Positions 27,204-38,520 of a stretch of 64,000 nt of DNA are shown here, one piece after another; within the stretch, counting starts at the first letter, position 1; every line of letters begins with the position of its first letter. Location of the stretch: contig NC_057718.1 of assembly GCF_004010195.1 (NCBI RefSeq), positions 70,229,382 through 70,293,381 of the forward strand, in the 5' to 3' direction. Origin of the DNA: Chiloscyllium plagiosum (lineage: Eukaryota). A program made the translations under genes and the position numbers. The notes under the pieces were generated by a model that was not told where the DNA came from, ran no database searches, and saw nothing but the letters and a program-made list of their open reading frames with translations.

Positions 27204-27424
27204 AAAAGTTAAAAATCGCACAACACCAGGTTATAGTCCAACAGGTTTAATTGGAAGCACACTAGCTTTCAGAGCGCCGTTCCTTCATCAGGTGATAATC
27301 ACCTGGTGAAGGAGCGGCTCTCCGAAAGCTAGTGTGCTTCCAATTAAACCTGTTGGACTATAACCTGGTGTTGTGTGATTTTTAACTTTGTACACCCCAT
27401 TCCAACACCGGCATATCCAAATCA
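27204..27424. mobile_element. Short fold-back Penelope-like insertion (second family)
   Basis: Palindrome ~27204-27389 centred on ggtgataatcacc; TSD cacccta(a/g)aaagtt at 27197-27210 and 27425-27438. Confidence 0.8.
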
Positions 27425-30400
27425 CACCCTAGAAAGTTCACCTACAGTTGGTTTGGAACAGTTAAATTGCTTAGCGACATCCAACAAAGAGCCAATCAAA
27501 ATAAATGACTGGTGAAATGGTTACTCGTTCTAATAGATGTCAATACTGGTGTGGTCATTGCAGAACCAGTCTTTAGCAAAATTTGCTATAGAACCCAATG
27601 CTTAAGTTTGAATAAGTCCTCAGCCAGGCTGAGAACCGAAACCAGGGAACCTTTACAGATTAAAGGTATAATTTCAGTTCCAGTCTCTGATGAGAAGCAG
27701 CTGGTTTAGTTACCACTGATTGTAGTAGAAGACTTAGGCCCAAACTCAATGGGGCAAAATTGTTTCAGAAAGATTCAACTTGACTGGCCCAATATATTTT
27801 GAAAAAGAGTGAAATCCTAATTTCTTTTTTCAGGGAGATCTGGGGACTATCAAATGGGCTAAAGCCACCTTACATGTTGACCAAGAAGTAATTCCATGAT
27901 TCTGCAGGGCCTGCGCAGTGCAATTTCTCTTGCATGCAAAAGTAGAGGCAGAAATGAGGAGGCTGGATTGGGTAGCACCATTTGTATTGATTGTAAAGCC
28001 TTTGTGGGGATTTTAAACAAATGGTGAACCACTTTTTGCAGCTAGATAAATACTCAATTGCTTGCATAGAGGATGGATACACAAAGCGAGCGAGGGGAGG
28101 AGGGCTGTCCTTCGCAAAGCTGGACTTACATTATGCGTACCTGCAAATGCAATTAAATAAGGATTCCCAGAGGTCTCCTACAAATAATACTCATAAGGGG
28201 TTGTACCAACAAATGAGCCTGCCCTTTGGGGTATCATCAGCCTGTGTCATTTTCCAGCAGATGATGGAGAACATTTCACAAGGAATACCCCAAGTTGCCA
28301 TTTATCTGTATGATGTGCCGATAACAGGGAAGACCAATAAAGAGCATTTGAAGAACTTGGTCATGGTGCTTAAACATTTCTCCAAGGTGGGTGGATGCCT
28401 TAGTTGGGAGAAATGTGTGTTCCATGTACCCCAAGTGGCTTATCTGGGCTACAGAGTCAACAAGACCAGGTTACACCCATTGGAAGATAAAGTGAGGGTG
28501 ATTAAAGGAGACCGGCTCCCATGTCTGTACTGGACCTTAGGTCTTTCCTAGAAGTAGTAAATTATCACAGAAAATTCATCTGCAATCTGACCTCCCTCCT
28601 GGCACTCTTACACTTGTTTATCGAAAAAGTTTCAGCCTTGGAAATGGTCTCATAACCAAGATATAGTGTCTAGGGAAGTGAAGAAGCAGCTTCTGTCATC
28701 TAAGGTTTTAGCAGACTATCATTCCTAGCACGATCTGGTGCTGACATGCGATTCTTGCCCGTATGGTATTGGGTTAGTGTTGACTCATTGATGGCCCAAC
28801 AAAGAAGAACGCCCAATCGTGTATGTTTCCCGGATGTTGGCTGATGCTGATTGCAAATGCCCATATAGAGAAGGAAGATTTGGGGCGGTCAGCTTTGGTG
28901 AGAGAAAGTTCCACCAATACCTTTACTGATGTAAATTTATAATAGTAATGGATGACAAACCCCTGCAAGGTCTATTTAAAGAGGACAGGGCTGCGCTGCC
29001 CATAGCTTCAGGTTGAATTCAGGGATGGGCACTTATTGTGAGCGTGTAAAATCACAAATAGGATCCAGCACCACTAATCCAAAATTTGGTTTCCAGCATC
29101 TGCAGTCATTGTTTTTACCATCCAGGAGGTCAAGTAGCAAATGCGGATGTCTTGAGCTGCCACCCACTGGTGGATAAACCACGGGTGGTCCATACACTGG
29201 AAGTTTCCATTCTGGTTTTAAACTTTCTGGATATACTTCTGGTCACCACTGACAATATCAGAATGTGGACACAAACAGATCCAGTCTTGGCAAAACTAAA
29301 ATGAGAGGGGTGACAAAAGGGCCATCATAAACAGAACTGAAACTATTCTGGACCTGGCGAGATTGTAAAGATCAGTATATTATTAGGAGGAGCAAGAGTG
29401 ATTGTCCCGATCAACAGTAGCTGCCAGACACTTGCTGAATTAAACCCGGGTAATCCAGGAGCTTCCAAAATGAAGATGTTGGTGAGAAGTTATGTCAGGT
29501 TTGGATACCGATTTAGTTGTGTAGGTGGGGCAGTGTCCAGAGTGTCAACAAGGACAGAAATTACCGCCAGCAGTTCCCCAACATTTGTGGGAATGGACTT
29601 GGTTACACATTGACTATGCCAGTCCTTTCATGGATTCTATGTTTTTAGTCAAAGTGGGCGCTCCATTCAAAATGGTTGGATGCACATAAAGTTAATTTGT
29701 CAAATACAGGAATGACAACTGAAAAGTTTCAAGCATCTTTTGCTATACAAAAATTCCCAGGGGTGTTGGTCACAGACAACGGGTCATTATCTACCAGCAG
29801 GGAATCTGAGTATTTCCGAAAGTCGAATAGCATTCAGCATGTACGGACAACTCCATACCATCTATCATTCAATGGTCTGGTAGAAACAGCAGTCCAAACT
29901 TTGAAGGCGGGTTTAAAAAAAAGCCTGAAGCTTCACTCAACACCAAACTGCCCCAGTTCCCATTTGATTATAGAACCACCCCTCATGCAACTACAGGGTT
30001 AGCTCCAGCAAAGTTGCTAATGGGGAGAAGACTCCACACCAGGTTAATTCTGATTTTCCCGCTCCTGGGGAGGGGGGATTGGAGAAATGGCATCAGGCAA
30101 GCTAATGCCGATCACGACTCTTCGAACAGAGAGAGAAAGTTTACTTCAGGGAACTAGGTTTGGTGACAAAACCTTAGGAATGGCCCTTCATGGTAAGAGT
30201 CATGATTGACGCAAGGTCAGGTCCCATGACGTACAAAGTTTGAGTTGGGGAAGTGGTCCAGAACAAGCACGTAGACCACATGAAAGCTGCAACTTCACAA
30301 ACAGTGCAGGTGCAAAACATACCTAGACCCACAGAACATCCAACAAGACTGTCAGAACCCCTGGGTTCTGCCTCTCTATCTTGTGCCAAAGAAACTTGTG

Positions 30401-33015
30401 AGGATAAGATGGACATGGCAGATATCGTAGCCTCAATGGCATTACTGCCTGAAGATAAGTTGCATCCAAGAGGCGGGCAATGTCTGGTACACATTGCCAT
30501 ATCCAAGGCAGAATCCAAGGAACAAACCGAGTGTGAAAACACACCAGGAGGAGCTACAGGAGAAAAGAATGGGCCTATGTCCCAGGACTTAGAGGGAGAA
30601 GGATGTAGTAGAGAGAGAAGTATATAGTGATCGGACCAATGTCAGCCAGGTGAGTTGATTTAGAATATAAATTCTCTGAGTGGGGCTGTTAACCATGTCC
30701 AATCAGGGAGTCCTGGCTGATAGATATAAACAGGAGTGTTAGAAGCCATTATTAAGAAAGTTATAGCAGGACAGCTGAAGAGTCAACACTCAGGGTCTGC
30801 ATAGTTTTGTGAAGGTATATCATATTTGACTAATTTGCTGGAGTTCTTCGAAGCAACAAGTGGATAATGGAGATCTGGTAGATGTAGTATAGAAGGCATT
30901 TGATAAGGAGCTGCACAAAATTTACAAGGTAAGAGTAAATCAGTTTAGTGCTAATTTATTAGCTTGGATAAAGGATTAACTGACTAACAGAAAGCAGAGA
31001 GAGTCTTTGGGCACCCGGTACGGAGGAGGGAGGGCAGGTCTGCTCCTGGGCCTGACCAAACTGCCCATCAACAGGTCAAGGCAGCGGGCCGTGGAGGGGG
31101 TCGTTATGACCAACTGCCTGCCTCTCTTCCGCGGTTACGTTAGAGCCCGGGTGTCCTTTGGAGAAGGAGCACGCGGTATCCACCAACACCCTGGAGTTGT
31201 TCAGGGAGAGGTGGGCGCCACAGGGAGTGGGGTGCATCATTTCTCCCTCCAACTCTATTTTGATTTAGTCCCTACCCTCCCCTTCACTGTTTTGATCACA
31301 CCGCACTGCCCTTTGATGTGAAGGGCAGTGCTTGTCACTGGCCACCCGGGTGTTTTCCTATCTTCCTGGTGGTGGAAATTGAATAAAGATTGGTGCACTT
31401 TGTGTCTTTCACTGTGTCTCACACCTGCACAAAAAAATAAATAAATAAATAAATACATAAACAGGAGATTTCCGCGGTTAAAAAAAAAATAAATAAACAG
31501 GAGATTTTTGATCACACAGCACATCCCTCTGATGTGAAGGGCAGTGTTTGTCACTGGCCACCCGGGTGTTTGCCTAATAAAAGAAAAGAACAGGAGATTT
31601 TCCTTTGATGTGAAGGGCAGTGTTTGTCACTGGCCACCCGGGTGTTTTCCTGTCTTCCTGGTGGTGGAAATTGAATAAAGATTCGTGCACTTTGTGTCTT
31701 TCACTGTGTCTCACACCTGCACACACTGACCATGGGTGCTGGGGATAAAATAAGCACTACCGCACTTAGGTGGTAGTGTGGGGGTTAAAGAAAAAAAGAA
31801 AGAAGAAAAAAAAAGAAACAATGCACCCACCCTCCCCTTCACTGTTTTAATCACACAGCACTGCCCTTTGATGTGAAGGGCAGTGTTTGTCACTGGCCAC
31901 CCGGGTGTTTGCCTATCTAAAAAAAAAATAAACAGGAGTGTTAGAAACCATTATTAAGAAAGTTATAGCAGGACAGCTGAAGAGTCAACACTCAGGGTCT
32001 GCATGGTTTTGTGAAGGTATATCATGTTTGACTAATTTGCTGGAGTTCTTCGAAGCAACAAGTGGATAATGGAGATCTGGTAGATGTAGTATAGAAGGCA
32101 TTTGATAAGGAGCTGCACAAAATTTACAAGGTAAGAGTAAATCAGTTTAGTGCTAATTTATTAGCTTGGATAAAGGATTAACTGACTAACAGAAAGCAGA
32201 GAGAGTCTTTGGGCACCCGGTACGGAGGAGGGAGGGCAGGTCTGAAGACCTCCTCGTGGGTCTGCTCCTGGGCCTGGCCAAACTGCCAATTAACAGGTCC
32301 AGGCAGCGGGCCATGGAGGGGGTCGTTATGGCTAACTGCCTGCCTCTTTTCCGCGGTTACGTTAGAGCCCGGGTGTCCTTTGGAGAAGGAGCACGCGGTA
32401 TCCACCAACACCCTGGAGTTGTTCAGGGAGAGGTGGGCGCCACAGGGAGTGGGGTGCATCATTTCTCCCTCCAACTCTATTTTGATTTAGTCCCTACCCT
32501 CCCCTTCACTGTTTTTGATCACACAGCCCTGCCCTATGATGTGAAGGGCAGTGTTTGTCACTGGCCACCCGGGTGTTTTCCTATCTTCCTGGTGGTGGCA
32601 TTTGAATAAAGATTGGTGCACTTTGTGTCTTTCACTGTGTCTCACACCTGCACACACACACACACCATGTGTGCTGGGGATAAAATAAGCACCACCGCAC
32701 TTAGGTGGTAGTGTGGGGGTTAAAAAAAAAGAAAAGAAAGAAAAAAAAACAACAAAAAAATTAAACAGGAGTGTCCTCCTCTGCTTTTGGTTGCACTTCA
32801 GTCCCACGCTCCTGATCTTTGGGCACCCGGTACGGAGGAGGGAGAGCAGGTCTGAAGACCTCCTCGTGAGTCTGCTCCCGGGCCTGGCCATACTGGCCAT
32901 TAACAAGTCCAGGCAGCGGGCCATGGAGGGGGTCATTAGGGCCAACTGCCTGCCTCTCTTCCGCGGTAACGTTAGAGCCCGGGTGTCCTTGGAGAAGGAG
33001 CACGCGGTGTTGACC

Positions 33016-33067
33016 NNNNNNNNNNNNNNNNNNNNNNNNNNNNNNNNNNNNNNNNNNNNNNNNNNNN
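33016..33067. other. Assembly gap
   Basis: Run of N. Confidence 1.
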
Positions 33068-33773
33068 GGCCACCCGGGTGTTTTCCTATCTTCCTGGTGG
33101 TGGAAATTGAAAAAAGATTCGTGCACTTTGTGTCTTTCACTGTGTCTCACACCTGAGCACACACACACCATGGGTGCTGGGAAAAAATATATATATAATA
33201 AGCACTACCGCACTTAGGTGGTAGTGTGGGGGTTAAAATAAAAAAATATATAAAAATAAAAAAGAACAGAAAAAGAAATAATCAAGAAATTCGCGGTGTC
33301 CACCAACACCCTGGAGTTGTTCAGGGAGAGGTGGGCGCCACAGGGAGTGGGGTGCATCATTTCTCCCTCCAACTCTATTTTGATTTAGTCCCTACCCTCC
33401 CCTTCACTGTTTTTGATCACACAGCATTGCCATTTGATGTGAAGGGCAGTGTTTGTCACTGGCCACCCTGGTGTTTTCCTGTCTTCCTGGTGGTGGAAAA
33501 AAATAAATAAATAAATAAATAAATAAACAGGAGTGTCCTTCTCTGCTTTTGGTTGCACTTCAGTCCCACGCTCCTGATCTTTGTGCACCCGGTACGGAGG
33601 AGGGAGGGCAGGTCTGAAGACCTCCTCGTGGGTCTGCTCCTGGGCCTGGCCAAACTGCCCATTAACAGGTCCAGGCAGCGGGCCATGGATGGGGTCGTTA
33701 GGGCCAACTGCCTGTCCCTCTTCCGCGGTTACGTTAGAGCCCGGGTGTCCTTGGAGAAGGAGCACGCGGTGTC

Positions 33774-34039
33774 NNNNNNNNNNNNNNNNNNNNNNNNNNN
33801 NNNNNNNNNNNNNNNNNNNNNNNNNNNNNNNNNNNNNNNNNNNNNNNNNNNNNNNNNNNNNNNNNNNNNNNNNNNNNNNNNNNNNNNNNNNNNNNNNNNN
33901 NNNNNNNNNNNNNNNNNNNNNNNNNNNNNNNNNNNNNNNNNNNNNNNNNNNNNNNNNNNNNNNNNNNNNNNNNNNNNNNNNNNNNNNNNNNNNNNNNNNN
34001 NNNNNNNNNNNNNNNNNNNNNNNNNNNNNNNNNNNNNNN
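33774..34039. other. Assembly gap
   Basis: Run of N. Confidence 1.
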
Positions 34040-36822
34040 CCTCCAACTCTATTTTGATTTAATCCCTGCCCTCCCCTTCACTGTTTAATCACACAGCATT
34101 GCCCTTTGATGTGAAGGGCAGTGTTTGTCACTGGCCACCCGGGTGTTTTCCTATTTTCTTGGTGGTGGAAATTGAATAAAGATTTGTGCACTTTGTGTCT
34201 CACACGTATACACACACACCATGGGTGCTGGGGAAACAAATAAGCACTACCGCACTTAGGTGGTAGTGTGGGGGTTAAAGGGGGGAAAAAAAAAGAAAAA
34301 GAAAAAAAAATTAAAAAAAGAAAAAAAAATATAAACAGGAGTGTGGGCGCCGCAGGGAGTGGAGTGCATCATTTCTCCCTCCAATAAAAAAGAGAAAAAA
34401 AAAATAAACAGGAGATTCACATATACACCATGGGTGCTGGGGATAAAATAAGCACTACCGCACTTAGGTGGTAGTGTGGGGGTTAAAAGAACAAAAAGAA
34501 AAAAGAAAAAAAAAGAAAAAAAACAGGTGTGCTTGCCCTTTGATGTGAAGGGCAGTGTTTGTCACTGACCACTCGGGTGTTTTCCTATCTTCCTGGTGGT
34601 GGAATTTGAATAAAAATTTGTGCACTTTGTGTCTTTCACTGTGTCTCACACGTATACACACACACCATGGGTGCTGGGGAAAAAATAAACACTACCGCAC
34701 TTAGGTGGTAGTGTGGGGGTTATTAAGAAAAAAATAAAGAAATAAAAAAATAAATAAATAAACAGGAGTGTCTTCCTCTGCTTTTGGTTGCACTTCAGTC
34801 CCACGCTCCTGATCTTTGTGCACCCGGTACGGAGGAGGGAGGGCAGATCTGAAGACCTCCTCGTGGGTCTGCTCCTGGGCCTGGCTAAACTGGCCATCAA
34901 CAGCTCCAGGCAGCGGGCCGTGGATGGGGTCGTTAGGGCCGACTGCCTGCCCCTCTTCCGGGGTTACGTTAGGGCCCGGGTGTCCTTGGAGAAGGAGCAC
35001 GCGGTGTCCACCACACCCTGGAGTTGTTCAGGGAGAGGTGGGCGCCGCAGGGAGTGGAGTGCATTATTTCTCCCTCCAACTCTATTTTGATTTAGTCCCT
35101 ACCCTCCCCTTCACTGTTTTTGATCACACAGCACTGCCCTTTGATGTGAAGGGCAGTGTTTGTCACTGGCCACTCGGGTGTTTTCCTATCTTCCTGGTGG
35201 TGGAATTTGAATAAAGATTCGTGCACTTTGTGTCTTTCACTGTGTCTCACTCTGCAAAAAGAATAAATAAAAATAAACAGGAGATTACCCTGGAGCTGTT
35301 CAGGGAGAGGTAGGCGCCGCAGGGAGTGGAGTGCATCATTTCTCCCTCCAACTGTATTTTGATTTAGTCCCTACCCTCCCCTTCACTGTTTTGATCACAC
35401 AGCACTGCCCTTTGATGTGAAGGGCAGTGTTTGTCACTGGCCACCTGGGTGTTTTCCTATCTTCCCCTGGTGGTGGAAATTGAGTAAAGATTTGTACACC
35501 TTGTGTCTCTCACTGTGTCTCACAACTGCACACACACACCATGGTGCTGGGGATAAAATAAGCACTACCGCACTTAGGCGGTAGTGTGGAGAAAAAATAA
35601 ATAAATAAACAGGGGATTCACTTAGGTGGTAGTGTGGGGGTTTAAAAAAAAACAGGAGTTAATCCGCACCTCCGTACTAAAAAAAAATAAACAGGAAGCA
35701 CAGCCCGGGCGTCCTTGGAAAAAAAAATAAACAGGAGTGTCCTCCTCTGCTTTTGGTTGCACTTCAGTCCCACGCTCCTGATCTTTGGGCACCCGATATG
35801 GAGAAGGGAGGGCAAGTCTGAAGACCTCCTCGTGGTTCTGCTCCTGGGCCTGGCCAAACTGGCCATCAATAGGTCGAGGCAGCGGGCCGTGGAGGGGGTC
35901 GTTAGGGCCGACTGCCTGCCCCTCTTCCGCGGTTACGTTAGAGCCCAGGTGTCCTTGGAGAAGGAGCACGCGGTGTCCACCAACACCCTGGAGTTGTTCA
36001 GGGAGAGATGGGCGCCGCAGGGAGCGGAGTGCATCATTTCTCCCTCCAACTCTATTTTGATTTAGTCCCTACCCTCCCCTTCACTGTTTTGATCACACAG
36101 CACTGCCCTTTGATGTGAAGGGCAGTGTTTGTCACTGGCCACCTGGGTATTTTCCTATCTTCCTGGTGGTGGAAACTGAATAAAGATTCGTGCGCTTTGT
36201 GCCTTTCACTGTGTCTCACACCTGCACACACACACCATGGGTGCTGGGAAAAAAATAAGCACTACCGCACTTAGGTGGTAGTGTGGGGGTTTAAAGAAAT
36301 AAAAAAAATAATAAATAAATAAATAAATAAATAAACAGGAGTGTCATCCTCTGCTTTTGGTTGCACTTCAGTCCCACGCTACTGATCTTTGGGCACCCGG
36401 TACGGAGGAGGGAGGGCAGGTCTGAAGACCTCCTTGTGGGTCTGCTCCTGGGCCTGGCCAAACTAGCCATTAACAGGCCCAGGCAGCGGGCCGTGGAGTG
36501 GGTCGTTAGGGCCGACTGCCTGCCCCTCTTCCGCGGTTACGTTAAGAGCCCGGGTGTCCTTGGAGAAGGAGCACACGGTGTCCACCAACACCCTGCAGTT
36601 GTTCAGGGAGAGGTGGGCGCCACAGAGAGTGGAGTGCATCATTCCTCCCTCCAACTCTATTTTGATTTAGTCCCTACACTCCCCTTCACTGTTTTGATCA
36701 CTCAGCACTGCCCTTTGATGTGAAGGGCAGTGCTTGTCACTGGCCACCCGGGTGTTTTCCTATCTTCCTGGTGGTGGGAATTGAATAAAGATTCAAAAAA
36801 ATAAATAAAAAATAACCAGGAG

Positions 36823-37420
36823 TGAGTACGGAGGGTACTGAAGAAGGGCTTATGCCCGAAACGTCGATTCTCCTGTTCCCTGGATGCTGCCTGACCTGCT
36901 GCGCTTTTCCAGCAACACATTTCCAGCTGAGTACGGAGGGTGGCTGGAGACTGGAAGGCCGACAACCAGCTCATAGAAAGGTGGCCTGGGGTAGTCTGGT
37001 TAGTATGTGGGGCAACTGGAGTTGGGTGGTCGATAACCAGCCTGGAGGAAAGTGGGCCTGGGGAAAGTCGGTTAGTACACAGGGAAGCTGGAGACCAGAA
37101 GCAGTTGACTGTTCTGAAGGAAGACTAGCCAAGGACGATCCGAATAGTATGCAGCATGAACTGGTGTTAGTGTCTTTTCCCAGCTATATTGGGTCTGTGT
37201 TCTATGCACTGTTTCTCATTTGGTTGCAGTGTCTTGTCTGTGTTTGTTACTATTACCTTTGACTGAAAGTGGGATTTGAGGTTTGTCCTCATCTCTCTGA
37301 AAACTGGATGTACAGTGAGGTTTGGCTTTGTGGCCCTTTCTCTTGTATAATGCTTTTTCTTTGTGAACTGCTGCTTTCTGTTCATTAACTGTATTTTGTA
37401 CTGTTTAATAAAATAAAAAA
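36823..37420 (+). mobile_element. Unidentified retroposed 3' end with AATAAA and A-tail
   Basis: Follows an ATAACCAGGAG target copy; T-rich 3' UTR-like end, then aataaaataaaaaaa, then the LTR resumes. Confidence 0.5.
36837..36927 (+). mobile_element. Minimal Penelope-like insertion with hammerhead-like core
   Basis: Perfect 14-bp TSD tgagtacggagggt at 36823-36836 and 36928-36941. Confidence 0.8.
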
Positions 37421-37659
37421 AGGTGCGTCAGGGGTTCTGTGTACTGTAGGAGCTAGCTGTGTCAGTGTCTTCTGCTATGCCTAAATAAATAATGGGTGGC
37501 GGGGGGAGATAAAATGTTGGCCTTTGTAGAGTTATTTCATTTTGTAACAAAATTCATACACTCACGATGGACCGAATGGCTGCCTTCTGCGCCCGAGCAA
37601 CTCTATGATCCTCTAAAACAGTGGACTTTAGCTTCTCAATGATAGGGACCGGAGATGGG

Positions 37660-38010
37660 TCACAACCAATATAACTGTTACCAGGGGCAACCTTTCAATT
37701 TTCACCTCCAATCCGTGCTCCAACAGTGAGAGGAGCAGGCAAGGAAATCGGCGTCAGTCAGAAAAAAAAACCACTGGACGTGAAAGAGGAGCGAGGGAGC
37801 ACTTCTTAAGTCGCCAGGGAATTAAAACAGAAACAGGGAAATTACGTCTATGGAACAGGGAACTTCCTTTTGTCATTGGGAGGCTCGCTCCCGGAAATGA
37901 CGCGAAGTTTGCATTAGTAACCGTTGCCAAGGCAGTGGTTGTTGGGACTGTAGGGGTACTGCATCACCTAAGTTTTACTCTCGGTTCCAGTTATTAGCTA
38001 AGCTGTAGCA
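37660..38010 (+). promoter_or_regulatory. RSPH3 proximal promoter: RFX X-boxes, CCAAT, ETS-CRE-like and ZNF143-like motifs
   Basis: GTTACCAGGGGCAAC 37677-37691; GTTGCCAAGGCAGT 37923-37936; CCAAT 37666-37670; CCGGAAATGACGC 37891-37903; TGGGACTGTAG 37943-37953; local CpG enrichment. Confidence 0.7.
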
Positions 38011-38114
38011 ATGGCGACTGTCTTGCCACAACAGGACAATAGCAACACGTACACATTCTCGAGCCGCCCGAGAGCGCTGCAGGAAAGGAGGAAATATCGG
38101 CAGGAGCAGCAGCA
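38011..38114 (+). CDS. RSPH3: Radial spoke head protein 3, coding exon 1
   Basis: MATVLPQQDNSNTYTFSSRPRALQERRKYRQEQQ; YTFSSRPR..RKYR resembles the RSPH3 N-terminus; gcaATGg Kozak context; GTGAGT donor, phase 2. Confidence 0.85.
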
Positions 38115-38354
38115 GTGAGTAACGGGGAAAGAGACAAATGGAAAGTAGGAGTCGGGCAGAGAGCAGCACTGAGGAATGGGGTAAAAAGAGGACATCGGAG
38201 GGTAGCATTGAGGGGGAAGGGCAGGCCAGAGGATGACATTCGGGAGAGGGGTGGAACACCCGGGTAAAGGGTGGCATTAAGGGAGTGAAATTGAAGGGTA
38301 AGAGAGATGGGCTGAAGGATAGTAAGTGAGGCAAAGAAGTGCATTGTTGAGTGA

Positions 38355-38520
38355 AGTTATCATCAGCATAGGACTGCTGTCTAATTAAGCCACCATTCAT
38401 GTAGTGGTTTAACCTGAGGGTCACCATGCCTCAGGTGAGAGAAGGTGAGTTCTTCATGGTAACCTCAGCTGGTATGGAATTTAACTTATGTTGTTGCCAT
38501 TGCAAGCTAGTCACCGAGCC
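38355..38520 (-). mobile_element. Old tRNA-SINE-like fragment
   Basis: cctgagggtcaccatgcctcagg hairpin core and degenerate B-box on the minus strand. Confidence 0.4.

Larger units (their letters stand above)
30739..36811 (+). mobile_element. Tandem array of about 19 truncated Tx1-clade non-LTR retrotransposon 3' ends
   Basis: Repeated C-terminal peptide LLLGLAKLAINRSRQ..DCLPLFRGYVRARVSLE..FRERWAPQG, typical of Tx1 ORF2; structured 3' UTR; A-rich tails; ATAAACAGGAG between units. Confidence 0.82.
26431..37539 (+). mobile_element. Decayed Gypsy LTR retrotransposon with split 3' LTR
   Basis: RT ORF 28021-28551 (FAKLDL, THKGLYQ, LPFGVSSA), integrase 29676-30002 (VLVTDNG, TTPYH..NGLVE), purine tract ~30591-30603; LTR halves ~30604-30738 and ~37420-37539 ending ttggcc..gagttatttca like the 5' LTR. 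Confidence 0.85.

Noticed and set aside
30739..36811. CRISPR-like array or plain satellite
   Set aside because: Eukaryotic context; units are variable-length pieces of one retroelement with A-tails, not constant repeats with unique spacers.
37975..38427. Minus-strand ORFs over the CpG-rich region
   Set aside because: Antisense shadows of RSPH3 exon 1 and the purine-rich start of intron 1.
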